DNA from: Dehalococcoidia bacterium
Lineage (GTDB): Bacteria; Chloroflexota; Dehalococcoidia; UBA2979
DNA length: 64,000 nucleotides
Assembly (NCBI GenBank): GCA_965262725.1
Contig: OZ253555.1
Span: 224,001 to 288,000, forward strand
Direction of reading: 5' to 3'
Under the pieces are notes generated by a model. That model was not told the DNA's origin. It made no database searches and was given only the letters and a program-made list of their open reading frames with translations. How positions within the stretch are numbered: the stretch's first letter is position 1; every line of letters starts with the position of its first letter. Shown one piece after another: positions 28,604-38,580 of the stretch. The translations under genes were made by a program, and so were the position numbers.

Positions 28604-28636
28604 ATGATAGTCATTCTCGACGTGAATGACTATCAT
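28604..28636. promoter_or_regulatory. 13-bp perfect inverted repeat, putative operator
   Basis: ATGATAGTCATTC-n7-GAATGACTATCAT immediately upstream of the AAA gene start. Confidence 0.65.
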
Positions 28637-29001
28637 TCGAGATTGGATATCATCGCTCGCAATCGAGGTGACGGGTAGGCGCGCCAGAGCGCGATCCCCA
28701 GCAGACGGCCAGCACCGCCAGCTCGGTACCCGGAGTCGGGCAGCAGCCCCGAGGCGCCTGCGAGCCCCAGTCCGCTTGACTGGGGCTCGGGGGCCGGCAG
28801 GCCGGCATGTCGCGGGCGGCCGCGGAGAGCCGGGCGCCGAGCGCGTGCCCGACCGGGAACCGGGGCCGACCTGGGCGGCCGGCGGCGATCGTCGACGGCG
28901 ACCTGACCGCGCTCGCGGGCTGCCGCGATGTGCCGGCGCTCCAGACGAGATGGTCGCTGAGCCTCATCACCCGCCACCGTGGCGGCGAGTGATGGCACGG
29001 A

Positions 29002-29408
29002 CTACGTCGCCTCGAAGGGATTCAGCACCTCGGCCCCGAGATGCTCGAAGTCGCTCACGTTCCGCGTGACGACCGTCAGCCGGTGGACTGAGGCCGTCGC
29101 CGCAATCATGGCGTCCTCGGCCATAGTCTCCGACCTCCGGTGCATGAGCCGCGCCCATTCCCGGAAGGCGGGCGCGTCCATCGGCACGACACCGTAGGAC
29201 GCGAGGATCTGGTCCAGCCAGGCGTCCAGCTCCGTCGCCTTGTCCTCATCCTGCTCGCGGGGGATCTCGATCCCCGCCTGCATCTCCCCACGGTCACCGA
29301 AGAGACGACGAGTTGCTCGGCCGGCACATCGGCGATCCACTCCAGCACGGCGCGGTGCGGGCGGGGGCGGCGCAGCTCGGAGACCACGTTGGTGTCGAGC
29401 AGGTACAC
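29002..29408 (-). pseudogene. vapC: VapC PIN toxin, -1 frameshift
   Basis: YLLDTNVVSEL...VTVG|EMQAG...DAMIAATA...VTRNVSDF; one base missing from the homopolymer at ~29286-29289 (may be a sequencing error). Confidence 0.85.
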
Positions 29409-29411
29409 GGG

Positions 29412-29672
29412 CTACTCGACGGACGAAGGCATTCGGCGGCGGTGCCGCTGGCGAGGCGGAGTGAGGTCATCGGTCCGTGCCCCGGGGGCCAGCAGCAACT
29501 GTTTCAGATCCGACCTCGTCATCCGCTCCAGCCTCCGCCACTGCTCGATGGGGAGGAGCACGGCGGTCTCCACGCCGCGCCGGGTGACGACCTGTGGTCC
29601 TTCGGCGAGGGCCCTGTCGAGGAACTCGCTGAACCTCGACTTAGCATCCTGGACCGGCCACGTTGTACTCAT
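29412..29672 (-). CDS. Phd/YefM antitoxin
   Basis: WPVQDAKSRFSEFLDRALAEGPQVVTRRG. Confidence 0.92.
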   Translation of the reverse strand: MSTTWPVQDAKSRFSEFLDRALAEGPQVVTRRGVETAVLLPIEQWRRLERMTRSDLKQLLLAPGARTDDLTPPRQRHRRRMPSSVE

Positions 29673-30124
29673 GCGTGACTCCCGATGCTCAGCATGCCGA
29701 CTAGCTACCAGCCTAGGCTGTTCGTCATCGATGTCAAAGAAGGATGCGCGATCTCCCGAGACGGACACGGGTGTGGTTACGTCGCGCGAAGCGCCGATCG
29801 AGTCCACCCGCACCGGTGACAGCCCCGTCATCGGGGGCCCCGCGATCGCCTGTTCGGCCCCCGCCGTCGTCGTCAGCGTCGTCGCCCCGAGGTCTTCGGG
29901 CGGAGCGACAGCGGGCGCTCCACCGTCGCGGAGAACGAGCAGGGACGCGACGGGCGTCGTCTACCGCCACCGGATCGGTGAGCGGCGACAGAACGTGCAG
30001 TGCACTGTGCCCCCATGAGGCAGCAGCGCAGACGCACCCGGCGCCGTCGGGCCGGTGACACGTCGGTTCGCTATCCTCGGCCCGCGCCCCGCGCGACGTA
30101 TCGGGGCGGGATGGAGGACCATAC

Positions 30125-31006
30125 ATGCGCCACTCGACCGCCTTGCGGAGCCGCCTGGACGGGCCGGAGATCATCGTGCTGCCGGGCGCCTACGACGCGC
30201 TCTCGGCCCGGCTCGCGCAGCGCGCCGGCTTCGACGCCCTGTTCACGACCGGGTTTGGCTTCTCGGCGGCCGCACTCGGCGCGCCCGACTACGGGCTCCT
30301 CACGGCCTCCGAGGTGCTCGACCGCGTGCGCCCCATCGTCGCGGCCGTCGACGTGCCGCTCGTGGCGGACATGGACACGGGCTACGGCAACCCGTTGAAC
30401 GTCGTGCGCACCGTCCGCGAGTGCGTGCAGGCGGACGTGGCGGGGATCATCCTGGAGGATCAGGAGTGGCCGAAGAGGTGCGGGCACTTCGAGGGCAAGC
30501 GCGTCATCCCCGCGGCCGAGCACGCCCAGAAGATCCGCGCCGCCGCCGACGCGCGCGGCGACGACGACCTGGTGATCATCGGCCGCACGGACGCGCGCGC
30601 ACCCCTCGGCCTGGACGAGGCGATCCGCCGCGGACGTCTCTACTCTGAGTCGGGCGCCGACGTGGTGTTCGTGGAGGCGCCGCAGTCCCTGGACGAGCTG
30701 AAGGCCGTGCGCGAGGCCATCCCCGACGCGCCGCTGTTCGCGAACATGATCGAGGGCGGCAAGACGCCACTCCTGACGAGCACGGAACTGCAAGACCTCG
30801 GCTACTCGATGGTGGTGTTCCCCCTGGGGGCGCTGTTCAGTGCAGCCCGTGCGATCGGGGAGACGTATCAGGCGCTCTTCGAGGCGAAGACGACGGCGAG
30901 CCGCATCGAGGCCATGGTGGGCTTCCACGAGTTCGAGGAGATCGTCGGCGTACCGGACTGGCGGGAGCTGGAGAGCCGCTACGGCCTCGCCGAGGACACC
31001 GCGTGA
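30125..31006 (+). CDS. Isocitrate lyase/PEP mutase family enzyme (PrpB-like)
   Basis: YDALSA, ADMDTGYG, EDQ..PKRCGH, RTDA, NMIEGGKTP; substrate not determinable from sequence. Confidence 0.9.
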   Translation: MRHSTALRSRLDGPEIIVLPGAYDALSARLAQRAGFDALFTTGFGFSAAALGAPDYGLLTASEVLDRVRPIVAAVDVPLVADMDTGYGNPLNVVRTVRECVQADVAGIILEDQEWPKRCGHFEGKRVIPAAEHAQKIRAAADARGDDDLVIIGRTDARAPLGLDEAIRRGRLYSESGADVVFVEAPQSLDELKAVREAIPDAPLFANMIEGGKTPLLTSTELQDLGYSMVVFPLGALFSAARAIGETYQALFEAKTTASRIEAMVGFHEFEEIVGVPDWRELESRYGLAEDTA

Positions 31007-31130
31007 ACGATGGCGGAGTCCCCATGCCCGCCGTGAGCTGCCTCGGCCGTCTCACGGAATGCTAGCGGGCGTCCTGCCCCGGTAGTGGTGTGCGGCCGCG
31101 ATGTGTCCGGCTCAGTCCGTCGGATGAGAT

Positions 31131-31556
31131 TCAGAGAGGGTTGCGCCAGCGCAGGCCCGGGAATCGGCCGAAGTCCGCGTCGTTGGAGTGCAGTTCGGCC
31201 TGATACTCGATCGTGAGGGCGGCGATATGCGCGTCCGTCACGAGGTTGGCGCCGACGCCCGAGGCTATCAGGAGGCGGCGGAACAGCGTCAGGTGCTCCG
31301 CGCCGGGGTTGAGCGGCGTGACGTGGGGGAAGTCGAACCACTCCCGCACATAGTCAACGGCCTGCTCCGGCGTGCACGGCTCGCTGAGCACGCTGGAGTG
31401 GGTGAGTAGACGGACGAAGCCGGCCGCCACGATCCAGGGAACGCCAACCCGATCCGTACCGTTGAGGAGGTCTTCCCACCAGCGACGGGCGGGGGTGTGC
31501 AACGGCGTGGCGTCGTTGTGGGCGTAGATGAGCAGATTCAGGTCGGGGACGATCAC
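31131..31556 (-). CDS. vapC: VapC PIN toxin (mycobacterial-type)
   Basis: IVPDLNLLIYAH...DAHIAAL...SNDADFGRFPGLRWRNPL. Confidence 0.93.
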   Translation of the reverse strand: MIVPDLNLLIYAHNDATPLHTPARRWWEDLLNGTDRVGVPWIVAAGFVRLLTHSSVLSEPCTPEQAVDYVREWFDFPHVTPLNPGAEHLTLFRRLLIASGVGANLVTDAHIAALTIEYQAELHSNDADFGRFPGLRWRNPL

Positions 31557-31810
31557 CCCGCGGACCGCTTCGCGAATGCTCCAGCCTCAAGCTCGTCGTT
31601 CAACTGGTTGAGCCGGAGCGGATCGACGCCGGGCTTGAAACCGCTCTGATTCGGGCGGACCCGGTAGGCGGGTCGCCCTTCCTCAACGGCCAGCGACATC
31701 CCCCGACGCAAGGCATCATTGACGACCTGCTTGAACGGCCGGTCCCGGAGACGAGCCTGCTCCCGCAGGGCGGCGGCGACATCGTCGTCGAGCGTCAGCG
31801 TGGTTCTCAT
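31553..31810 (-). CDS. vapB: VapB antitoxin (RHH)
   Basis: MRTTLTLDDDV...FKQVVNDALRRG; GTGA overlap with the toxin gene. Confidence 0.9.
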   Translation of the reverse strand: MRTTLTLDDDVAAALREQARLRDRPFKQVVNDALRRGMSLAVEEGRPAYRVRPNQSGFKPGVDPLRLNQLNDELEAGAFAKRSAG

Positions 31811-31813
31811 CGG

Positions 31814-31827
31814 CACATCATGATGTG
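31814..31827. promoter_or_regulatory. vapBC autoregulatory operator
   Basis: Perfect palindrome CACATCATGATGTG just upstream of the ATG; conserved in copy 2. Confidence 0.65.
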
Positions 31828-31904
31828 TGATCAGTACGATGTCTAGATGCCGACACCGGTCTCGAGCTGAGTGGCGAATCCCCCAGAGGATGGCGCTCAC
31901 CAGT

Positions 31905-32002
31905 CCCCGCCGCCTGATGACGAACGATCTGACAGCTCATGGAACCATCCGGACGCGGCGAGCGTATATCTTGGCAAGGAGGGTACCGGCGCACATCGAC
32001 CA
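31905..32002. repeat. 98-bp repeat, copy 1 (identical to 42373-42470)
   Basis: CCCCGCCGCCTGATGACGAACGATCTGACA...CACATCGACCA, identical as read. Confidence 0.95.
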
Positions 32003-32394
32003 TTGGAGAACGTGGTGGCGTTGAAGGGCTCGTCTGAGATGTTGAGGTCCTGAACAGCAAGTCGTAGCGCAGCCGCTCGCAGAACTGGCGCTCGCTGCGG
32101 ATCGAGTAGAGCGCGATCAGCAGGCTCGCCTTGAGCAGGTGCTCGGGCGGGATCGAGGGCCGCCCCTCCGTTGAGTACATCGTGTCGAACAGCGGCGAGA
32201 GCCGCCGCAGCACGGCATCGACGATCGGCTTGATGCGGCGAATCGGGTGGTCGTCCGGGATGAAGGAGTCCGGCGTCACCGCCAGCAGCATGTTGGTCTG
32301 ACGCTCGGCGTCGCCTCGCATGGGGCAGCCTCCACGCTACGCCCCCGCCGCCAGCCACATCTTGCCAGACGATCAGGGGTTTTCCATCACCCTG
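32003..32394 (-). mobile_element. IS5-family left end with truncated transposase
   Basis: MRGDAERQ...IPDDHPIRRIK...GRPSIPPEHLLKA...SIRSERQFCERLRYDLLF; small internal deletion, then cut by the 98-bp repeat. Confidence 0.85.
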
Positions 32395-32529
32395 TTAGAA
32401 GCTCGGCACAGGCTCCTCTACCGGACATCACGCGCAACCCCGCTGCGAGGATGGCGAAACGCCGCTCCGCCGGAGGAGGCCGCCACGTCGGCCTTGCGGA
32501 TAGGACCGTCCCTCATAGAAGCCGTTGCG

Positions 32530-32660
32530 CCGGGTGATGCGCTCGGGGCTGCGCTCCTCGAGGAGACTGCCCTGCACCCGCTTGACGCAGCCGTTGGTCT
32601 GGGGCTTGCCGGCGCGGATGAAGCGCTGGCGGGCGCCAATCTGAGTGACCCTCTCGCCGA
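32530..32660 (-). mobile_element. IS481/rve integrase-core fragment
   Basis: GARQRFIRAGKPQTNGCVKRVQGSLLEE matches the P.TNG..ER motif. Confidence 0.6.
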
Positions 32661-32666
32661 GGGACC

Positions 32667-32915
32667 TTAGCTTAGCCTCTTCAACTCGTTCAACGTCAGC
32701 CCAGCGTACTTGGCCTTCCACTTGTAGAAGGTGGCTTCGCTCACTTCATCCCTGCGACATAACTCCACTGTCTTGGCCTCTGCCTCTGCCTCCTTCAGGA
32801 CCGCTATGATCTGCTCCCCTGTGTAGCTCTTCCATGCCATGAGCTCTTTTTGCTATGTCCTATGTTACCCGGAGGACTCTCCTTACCACTTCTGCTCTTT
32901 TCTGGGGTAATGTCA
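32667..32915 (-). mobile_element. IS3-family left end with truncated orfA
   Basis: TG-starting end at 32915; 32840-32667 reads MAWKSYTGEQIIAVLKEAE...ELCRR..VSEATFYKWKAKYAG; low GC. Confidence 0.8.
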
Positions 32916-32957
32916 ATACCTTTGTGCGCGCCCGTTTTGTTTGATTTAGTTACTGAG

Positions 32958-35900
32958 TCAGTTCCCGCCGTCAAGCTTGGAGACTCTAACGGTGTGAGTA
33001 TCTCCCGTATCTTCGACGACAGTGATTTCATAACCCCTTACAGTGATGCTTGTTCCTACCGGTAGGATAGGAGACTGGTCCATGATGCCCTCTCCGCCGT
33101 CGGTAGCGAATCTGATTGGCAATTTTCTCAGTGACGAATCCACCGTGTACACCACAACGCCGTCGTTGTTTACGAAATCTCGGTCATAGCCCTTAATCTG
33201 ACCTGCATCGTGGCCGATATTTCTTCGGCTCTCTATAACTATTACTTCAGTCTCGCCTACCGGGACTGCAATCATTGCCACTCCGTCACCGGGCCGAGCA
33301 ATCGCGGTCAGAGTGACGGTAGCTGACGGCTCGACGATGCATCGTATCTGCGCAGGATCAAGCCAACCGAGTTGCCATCTGCTCCATGCCAGCATCTCGT
33401 ACGGTTTCTGGGCGAACTCTGGCGCACTCCTAGGCGCAAGATAGAAGCCTTCCAGTCCCATCAATCCGGCCTCCACCTTTATCCATCTCATATCAGCAGG
33501 AGGGGATGGGATATTAAACGGATCGGGATACAGATCCGTGAGTCCGAGCACATGAGCCACTTCATGTGCGCCGAGATATCCCCAACCACCAGTGGTGTCA
33601 TTAAACACGTGATTAAAAACGAGGCCGATTTGAGCAGTCGGTATCAGCTTGTCGCTGATTTGGACGGCGCCGCCAGTCTGCCCGCTGAAGAAGTATGCGC
33701 TCGGTAGCACAGTGACTACTACATCAATCTCTGAGAAGTCCATCTCCGCGAGGGCAAGCTCAACCGCCTCGACGCTAATGTCTGAGGATATGACGCCCCC
33801 CCTCACTTGCACCAGGTCGTGAATATCGGTGAAGAAGGCGGCGAGGCTGTGGCGAGCTCGAAGCCAGCCGTGCAGCGGCACCATCTCGACGTCAAGTTTC
33901 CCGTAACTGGCCGTCTCCAAGTATTCCTCAACCGCAAAAAGATTTGTGCGGTTCGACGAAGAGTCGTAGTGTTCGGCTTCCGCGCGCGTGGAGTAATCTG
34001 CAACGGCATCTGGAAAGTCTACGAAGAGCACCGCTATCCGCAACTTGCCGACGGACGGTACCCACGCAGGGCGCGGAAAGCCAGCCGTCACACCTCCGAG
34101 GGCTCGGTCGGGGGGACGACACTCGAGAGCGCTGGCCGGAGCGGCCTCCTGCGGGAGGCGGGACCACCAATCGTTGGGCGCCGCCACGTCCTGGTTAGGT
34201 TCATAACGCTCGACTTGCGCGCAGCCTTCTTCAAGACCATCCCGGCTTCCTCCGTGCGCACTGAAAATGTAGATTTGCGACCACTGTGAAGCAATTTCAT
34301 TTACGAACAGGAGTTGTTCTCCATCGGGCGACCAAGCCGGTTGTCCGATGTCTCCTGGGAGGTAAGTAATGCGCCTTTCATCAGTTCCGTCAGCATTGAT
34401 CAAGACTATGGCGGTGCATTCACCCAAGTCCCTGGTGTATGCGATTTGTGAAGAATCGGGAGACCATGACATTCCCCCGCGCAGTCCTCCGACCGCATGG
34501 TTCGCGACAATCTCTCGCCTGTTGGAGCCGTCAGGCGCCATGAGCGCCAGTTGGCCGTGCTCTGTCACATACCCGATATTGGCGCCGTCGGGCGACCATG
34601 CTGGGCTACGCTCCTCCGTAGAACCGGCAGTGAGCGGTGTCTCGTTTGAGCCGTCAACGTCTATGGTCACGATATAGCGATCGCCTTCAAAAACGCGTGC
34701 GAAGACTATCTGGTTTCCATCTGGTGACCAGGAAGGGCTATTGTCCCAACCGGGGCCGCTCGTCAACTGCGCCATGTTGGATCCATTTGCTTCAATCACC
34801 CAGATGTGCCGCGCCCAGTAGGGATCGCCGCTCCCGCCGTTCTCTACGGCAAGGACCAACCTCGTACCATCCGGAGACCACGCAGTGCGGCTGGCGGCGC
34901 TCGCCCCAACACTGCCGTGTGGCTCATATCGATAGAGGTCACGCAGATGCTCGCCGTCGCGCTTCATAACCGAGACCCCGGCGTTCTGCACGTAGGCGAT
35001 TTCGGCACAATCTGACCTCCACGAGGGAGATCGGTTGCCTCCCAACGAGCCGGTGACCGGCACGGGCGTATCGTAGGTTCCATCTCCGCATGAACCGGTC
35101 ACAGGAGGCACCAACCCCAAAGGGATGACCGTGCCCGTCGTCAACTGGTTGCCGCCGAGGTTCAGCTCACTCAGGTTGGTGAGGTCATCCAGTGCGGCCG
35201 GGATGGGCCCCGTCAACTGGTTGCCGCTGAGGTCCAGGTGTTCGAGGTTAGTGAGGTTGCCCAGCTCGGCCGGGATCGGCCCTGTCAACTGGTTGGTCCC
35301 GAGGTGCAGCCCACTCAGGTTGGTGAGGTTGCCCAGCTCGGCCGGGATCGGCCCCGTCAACTGGTTAGCCCCGAGGTACAGCCCACTCAGGTTGGTGAGG
35401 TTGCCCAGCTCAGCCGGGATCGGCCCTGTCAACTGGTTGCCGCTGAGGTCCAGGTGTTCGAGGTTAGTGAGGTTGCCCAGCTCGGCCGGGATCGGCCCCG
35501 TCAACTGGTTGTCCTTGAGGACCAGCTCAGCGACACGGCCGTCGCTGTCCATGGTGACGCCGTGCCACTCATCGAGGGGCCTGTCACTCAGCCAGTTCGT
35601 GCCGGTGATCCAGCTTGCGCCACCCGAGGCGTTGTAGAGGGCGATCAGCGCCGCCCGGTCCGGCGATACCTCCGACTCCGGCAGGCTCACCGTGAGCGGC
35701 GTGCTCACCAGCCAGCGCCCGACTGAAGCCGCGGCCGGGAAGAACCGGGCCCGCGGCAGCAGCCGCTCGCTCCACTCACCGTCCGCCTCGCGCTCCCGTA
35801 GCGCGAACTCCGTGCGCCCGTCGGCGAGGCGCTGCGCCGTGATGCGTACCTCGGTCCCCGCGGCATCATCGCCAGCGCCCGGCGCGCGCACCGTGAGCGG

Positions 35901-36149
35901 CGTGCTCACCAGCCAGCGCCCGACTGAAGCCGTGGCCGGGAAGAACCGGGCCCGCGGCAGCAGCCGCTCGCTCCACTCGCCGTCCGCTTCGCGCTCCTGC
36001 AGCGCGAACTCGATGCGGTCGCTGGCGAGGCGCTGCGCCGTGATGCGCACCTCGGTCTCGTGGCTCGTACCGGAGGCGGTGATGGCGGTCATGCCCAGCA
36101 CCGCGATCAACCCCACCAGCGCCAGAACAGCCAGGCGTGCGCGCACCAC
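32958..36149 (-). CDS. Secreted mosaic protein: 2x N-terminal repeat, LRR, PD40/TolB propeller, M6-like metalloprotease
   Basis: Signal peptide; EVRITAQRL..GR.EFAL x2; NQLTGPIPAELGNLTNL repeats; P.WSPDG repeats; AVLFVDFPD and HEVAHVLGLTDLY. Confidence 0.9.
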   Translation of the reverse strand: MVRARLAVLALVGLIAVLGMTAITASGTSHETEVRITAQRLASDRIEFALQEREADGEWSERLLPRARFFPATASVGRWLVSTPLTVRAPGAGDDAAGTEVRITAQRLADGRTEFALREREADGEWSERLLPRARFFPAAASVGRWLVSTPLTVSLPESEVSPDRAALIALYNASGGASWITGTNWLSDRPLDEWHGVTMDSDGRVAELVLKDNQLTGPIPAELGNLTNLEHLDLSGNQLTGPIPAELGNLTNLSGLYLGANQLTGPIPAELGNLTNLSGLHLGTNQLTGPIPAELGNLTNLEHLDLSGNQLTGPIPAALDDLTNLSELNLGGNQLTTGTVIPLGLVPPVTGSCGDGTYDTPVPVTGSLGGNRSPSWRSDCAEIAYVQNAGVSVMKRDGEHLRDLYRYEPHGSVGASAASRTAWSPDGTRLVLAVENGGSGDPYWARHIWVIEANGSNMAQLTSGPGWDNSPSWSPDGNQIVFARVFEGDRYIVTIDVDGSNETPLTAGSTEERSPAWSPDGANIGYVTEHGQLALMAPDGSNRREIVANHAVGGLRGGMSWSPDSSQIAYTRDLGECTAIVLINADGTDERRITYLPGDIGQPAWSPDGEQLLFVNEIASQWSQIYIFSAHGGSRDGLEEGCAQVERYEPNQDVAAPNDWWSRLPQEAAPASALECRPPDRALGGVTAGFPRPAWVPSVGKLRIAVLFVDFPDAVADYSTRAEAEHYDSSSNRTNLFAVEEYLETASYGKLDVEMVPLHGWLRARHSLAAFFTDIHDLVQVRGGVISSDISVEAVELALAEMDFSEIDVVVTVLPSAYFFSGQTGGAVQISDKLIPTAQIGLVFNHVFNDTTGGWGYLGAHEVAHVLGLTDLYPDPFNIPSPPADMRWIKVEAGLMGLEGFYLAPRSAPEFAQKPYEMLAWSRWQLGWLDPAQIRCIVEPSATVTLTAIARPGDGVAMIAVPVGETEVIVIESRRNIGHDAGQIKGYDRDFVNNDGVVVYTVDSSLRKLPIRFATDGGEGIMDQSPILPVGTSITVRGYEITVVEDTGDTHTVRVSKLDGGN
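35140..35525 (-). repeat. Tandem 72-bp (24-aa) plant-type LRR units
   Basis: About 5.5 near-identical units at DNA level. Confidence 0.9.
35691..36060 (-). repeat. Tandem 201-bp intragenic duplication
   Basis: CGTGAGCGGCGTGCTCACCAGCCAGCGCCCGACTGAAGCC occurs at 35691 and 35892. Confidence 0.9.
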
Positions 36150-37078
36150 GAACTCCCTGCCCTGTCGGAGCGGCGACCGTTCGAGTCGACCGCCAAGGTC
36201 ACACTATCTGCCCCGCGAGAGCACAGGCAGGTCGAATCACACCGATCGTTCTTGTCGAAAGAGACCGGTGACATTGGTACAAATTGTCGATCGCCAGGGT
36301 CATTGATCCACGCGTCGCCACGGTCATTAGACCACCCGGGACGCCGGTAGGCGGCTTGATATCAGTGAGCGTCTAGCGCGTCAATCACCTCCCGTCTGCG
36401 CCTCGAGCAGGGCGCGGTGCGGCGAGAGCCGCTGGCGGTAGCTATCGCCCTCGATCACGATCTGGTAGCTGGCGTTGGCGAGGCGGTCGAGGGCGCTGTT
36501 GCCGAGGATCGGGTCGTCGAAGAGACCCAGCCATTCCTCCACGGCGCGGTTCGAGGTGATGACGAAGCTGGAGCTGCGGTGGCGCCCGATGACCAGCTCG
36601 TAGAGGTCGATGGACTGCTGCGCGCTGAGGCGATGGAGCCCGAGGTCGTCGAGGATGAGCAGGTCGGGCGCGAGGAAGCTTCGAAAGACCTTCTCGGCCG
36701 AGTGGTCGACGCGGGCCTGCACCATCTCGCGGAAGTAGTGGTCGGCCGGGGCGAAGCGGACGCTGCGTCCGGAGCGGACGGCTGAGTAGCCGAGCGCCTG
36801 GGCTAAGAAGCTCTTGCCGACGCCGACGGGGCCGACGAGCAGGACGTGCTCGCGGCGGTCGAGGAAGTGCAGCGAGAAGGCGGCGTCGAGCAGGCGGCGG
36901 TCGAGCCGGATGGCGGCCGCCCAGTCGAAGTCCTCGAGGCGGCAGAGCTGCTCGAAGCCGGCCTGGCGCAGGCGCAGCTCCAACCGCCCGTGGTCGCGGC
37001 GGCTCACCTCGTCGACGAGGAGGATCTGCAGGAAGTCCGCGTAGTCGAGGTGGTCGCGCCGCGCGAGGGCGATGCGCT

Positions 37079-38499
37079 GAGATATCGTCAAGAGTTGTGG
37101 ATCGCTGGCCAGGGCAAGTTAGGCGGCGTACCTCCCGTGGCGTGCATCGTCGCTCGCATCCGGGCTGACGGCTCGTTCCTGTAGGACGCCATCGACGAAG
37201 ACGCCGCCCGCCCGGACGACGGCGACGAGATGCGGGGCATTCACCCGCCGCCAGCGCTGCTGCGCCGCGTCGAGCAGCTTGTAGGCCATCGCCAGTCCCG
37301 CCGACCGGGAGCCGGCGCCCTTCGTGACGCGCTGGCGCAGCCGGACCGTGGCGAAGGTGGACTCGATCGGGTTCGTTGTGCGCAGGTGCACGTGGTGCTC
37401 GGACGGGAAGTCGTGGAACGCGAGCAGCCGTTCGAGGTCGTCGGCGACCTTCGCTGTCGCCTTCGGCCACTGCGCGAACTGCCCGGCGAAGGCGCGCGCC
37501 GCATCCAGCGCCCCGGCGCGCGTCGCGGCTCCGGAGACGGTGTGGAGCGCCCGCGCCGCTTCCCCCTGGACGCGCTCGGGCAGCGCCGCCAGGACGTTCG
37601 CGGTCTTGTGCACCCAGCAGCGCTGCTCGCGGGTCCGGGGAAAGACCTCCCGCAGCGCCGCCCAGAACCCGAGCGCCCCGTCGCCGACGGCCAGCTCGGG
37701 GTCGCGCATGCCCCGCTCGCGCAGGTCCCGCAGCAGGTCGAGCCAGGACTGGGTGTCCTCACGGTAGCCGTCCTGCACGGCCACCAGCTCCTTGCGGCCG
37801 TCCGGGCGCACCCCGACCAGCACCAGGCAGCAGAGCCGGTCCTCCTCGAGACGCACGGTGAAGTGGACGCCGTCCGCCCAGAGGTAGACGTAGTCGACCT
37901 CGGCCAGGCTGCGTCGCTGCCAGCGCTCGTGCTCGGCCTGCCACGCCTCCGTGAGCCGCCCCACGGTCGAGGCGGAGAGCCCCGCCCCCGAGCCGAAGAA
38001 CGCCGACAGGGCGGGCAGGAAGTCGCCCGTCGAGAGCCCGCGCAGGTAGAGCAGCGGCAACACCTCGGTCACCTTGGGCGAGCGCCGCATGTAGGGCGGC
38101 AGAAGCGCCGAGATGTAGCGCTCGCCGGGACGGCGGTCGTCGACGCGCGGCGCCTGTACGGCGACCCGTCCCGCGGCGGTCGTGATCTCTCTCGCGCGGG
38201 CGTAGCCGTTGCCGACGACCACGCGGCGGCCCTCTCTATCGACCGCGCCCGCGTGGCGCTCGAGGTAGGCCTGCCGTTCGGCCTCCAGCGCCACCCCGAG
38301 CATCTCCTGGGCGGCCATGCGGCAGAGCTCGTCCAGTCCGACCTGCGTCCCCGGCCCCGCTTCCCGCTCGCCTCCCTCATGGACTATCCTCAACATCCGG
38401 CGTACTCCTCCCCGGCCGGCTTCCCGGCCACTCCTGTTGACTCAGGGAGGGTACGCCGCCTCTCTCTCCTGGCTCATCCACAACTTCTGGCTATACCTC
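37079..38499 (-). mobile_element. IS256-family element
   Basis: IRs GAGATATCGTCAAGAGTTGTGGAT / GAGGTATAGCCAGAAGTTGTGGAT; 9-bp TSD CGATGCGCT. Confidence 0.95.
37119..38396 (-). CDS. IS256 (Mutator) transposase
   Basis: YLRGLSTGD, YLWADG, GDGALGFW, QRCWVHK, RTTNPIES. Confidence 0.96.
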   Translation of the reverse strand: MLRIVHEGGEREAGPGTQVGLDELCRMAAQEMLGVALEAERQAYLERHAGAVDREGRRVVVGNGYARAREITTAAGRVAVQAPRVDDRRPGERYISALLPPYMRRSPKVTEVLPLLYLRGLSTGDFLPALSAFFGSGAGLSASTVGRLTEAWQAEHERWQRRSLAEVDYVYLWADGVHFTVRLEEDRLCCLVLVGVRPDGRKELVAVQDGYREDTQSWLDLLRDLRERGMRDPELAVGDGALGFWAALREVFPRTREQRCWVHKTANVLAALPERVQGEAARALHTVSGAATRAGALDAARAFAGQFAQWPKATAKVADDLERLLAFHDFPSEHHVHLRTTNPIESTFATVRLRQRVTKGAGSRSAGLAMAYKLLDAAQQRWRRVNAPHLVAVVRAGGVFVDGVLQERAVSPDASDDARHGRYAA

Positions 38500-38580
38500 C
38501 GATGCGCTCGGGCAGGGTGTCGAGCATACGGCCGAGCTTGAGGCGCTTGAGCAGCGGGCGGAGGTCTGAGGTGGTGGCGG

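Larger units (their letters stand above)
31025..31855. repeat. 831-bp vapBC unit, copy 1 (direct repeat of 53242-54072)
   Basis: Colinear, same length, only scattered substitutions. Confidence 0.95.

Noticed and set aside
31914-31960. CTGATGA in the 98-bp repeat as a hammerhead ribozyme core
   Set aside because: No stem II followed by GAAA and no stem III/UH cleavage site could be built
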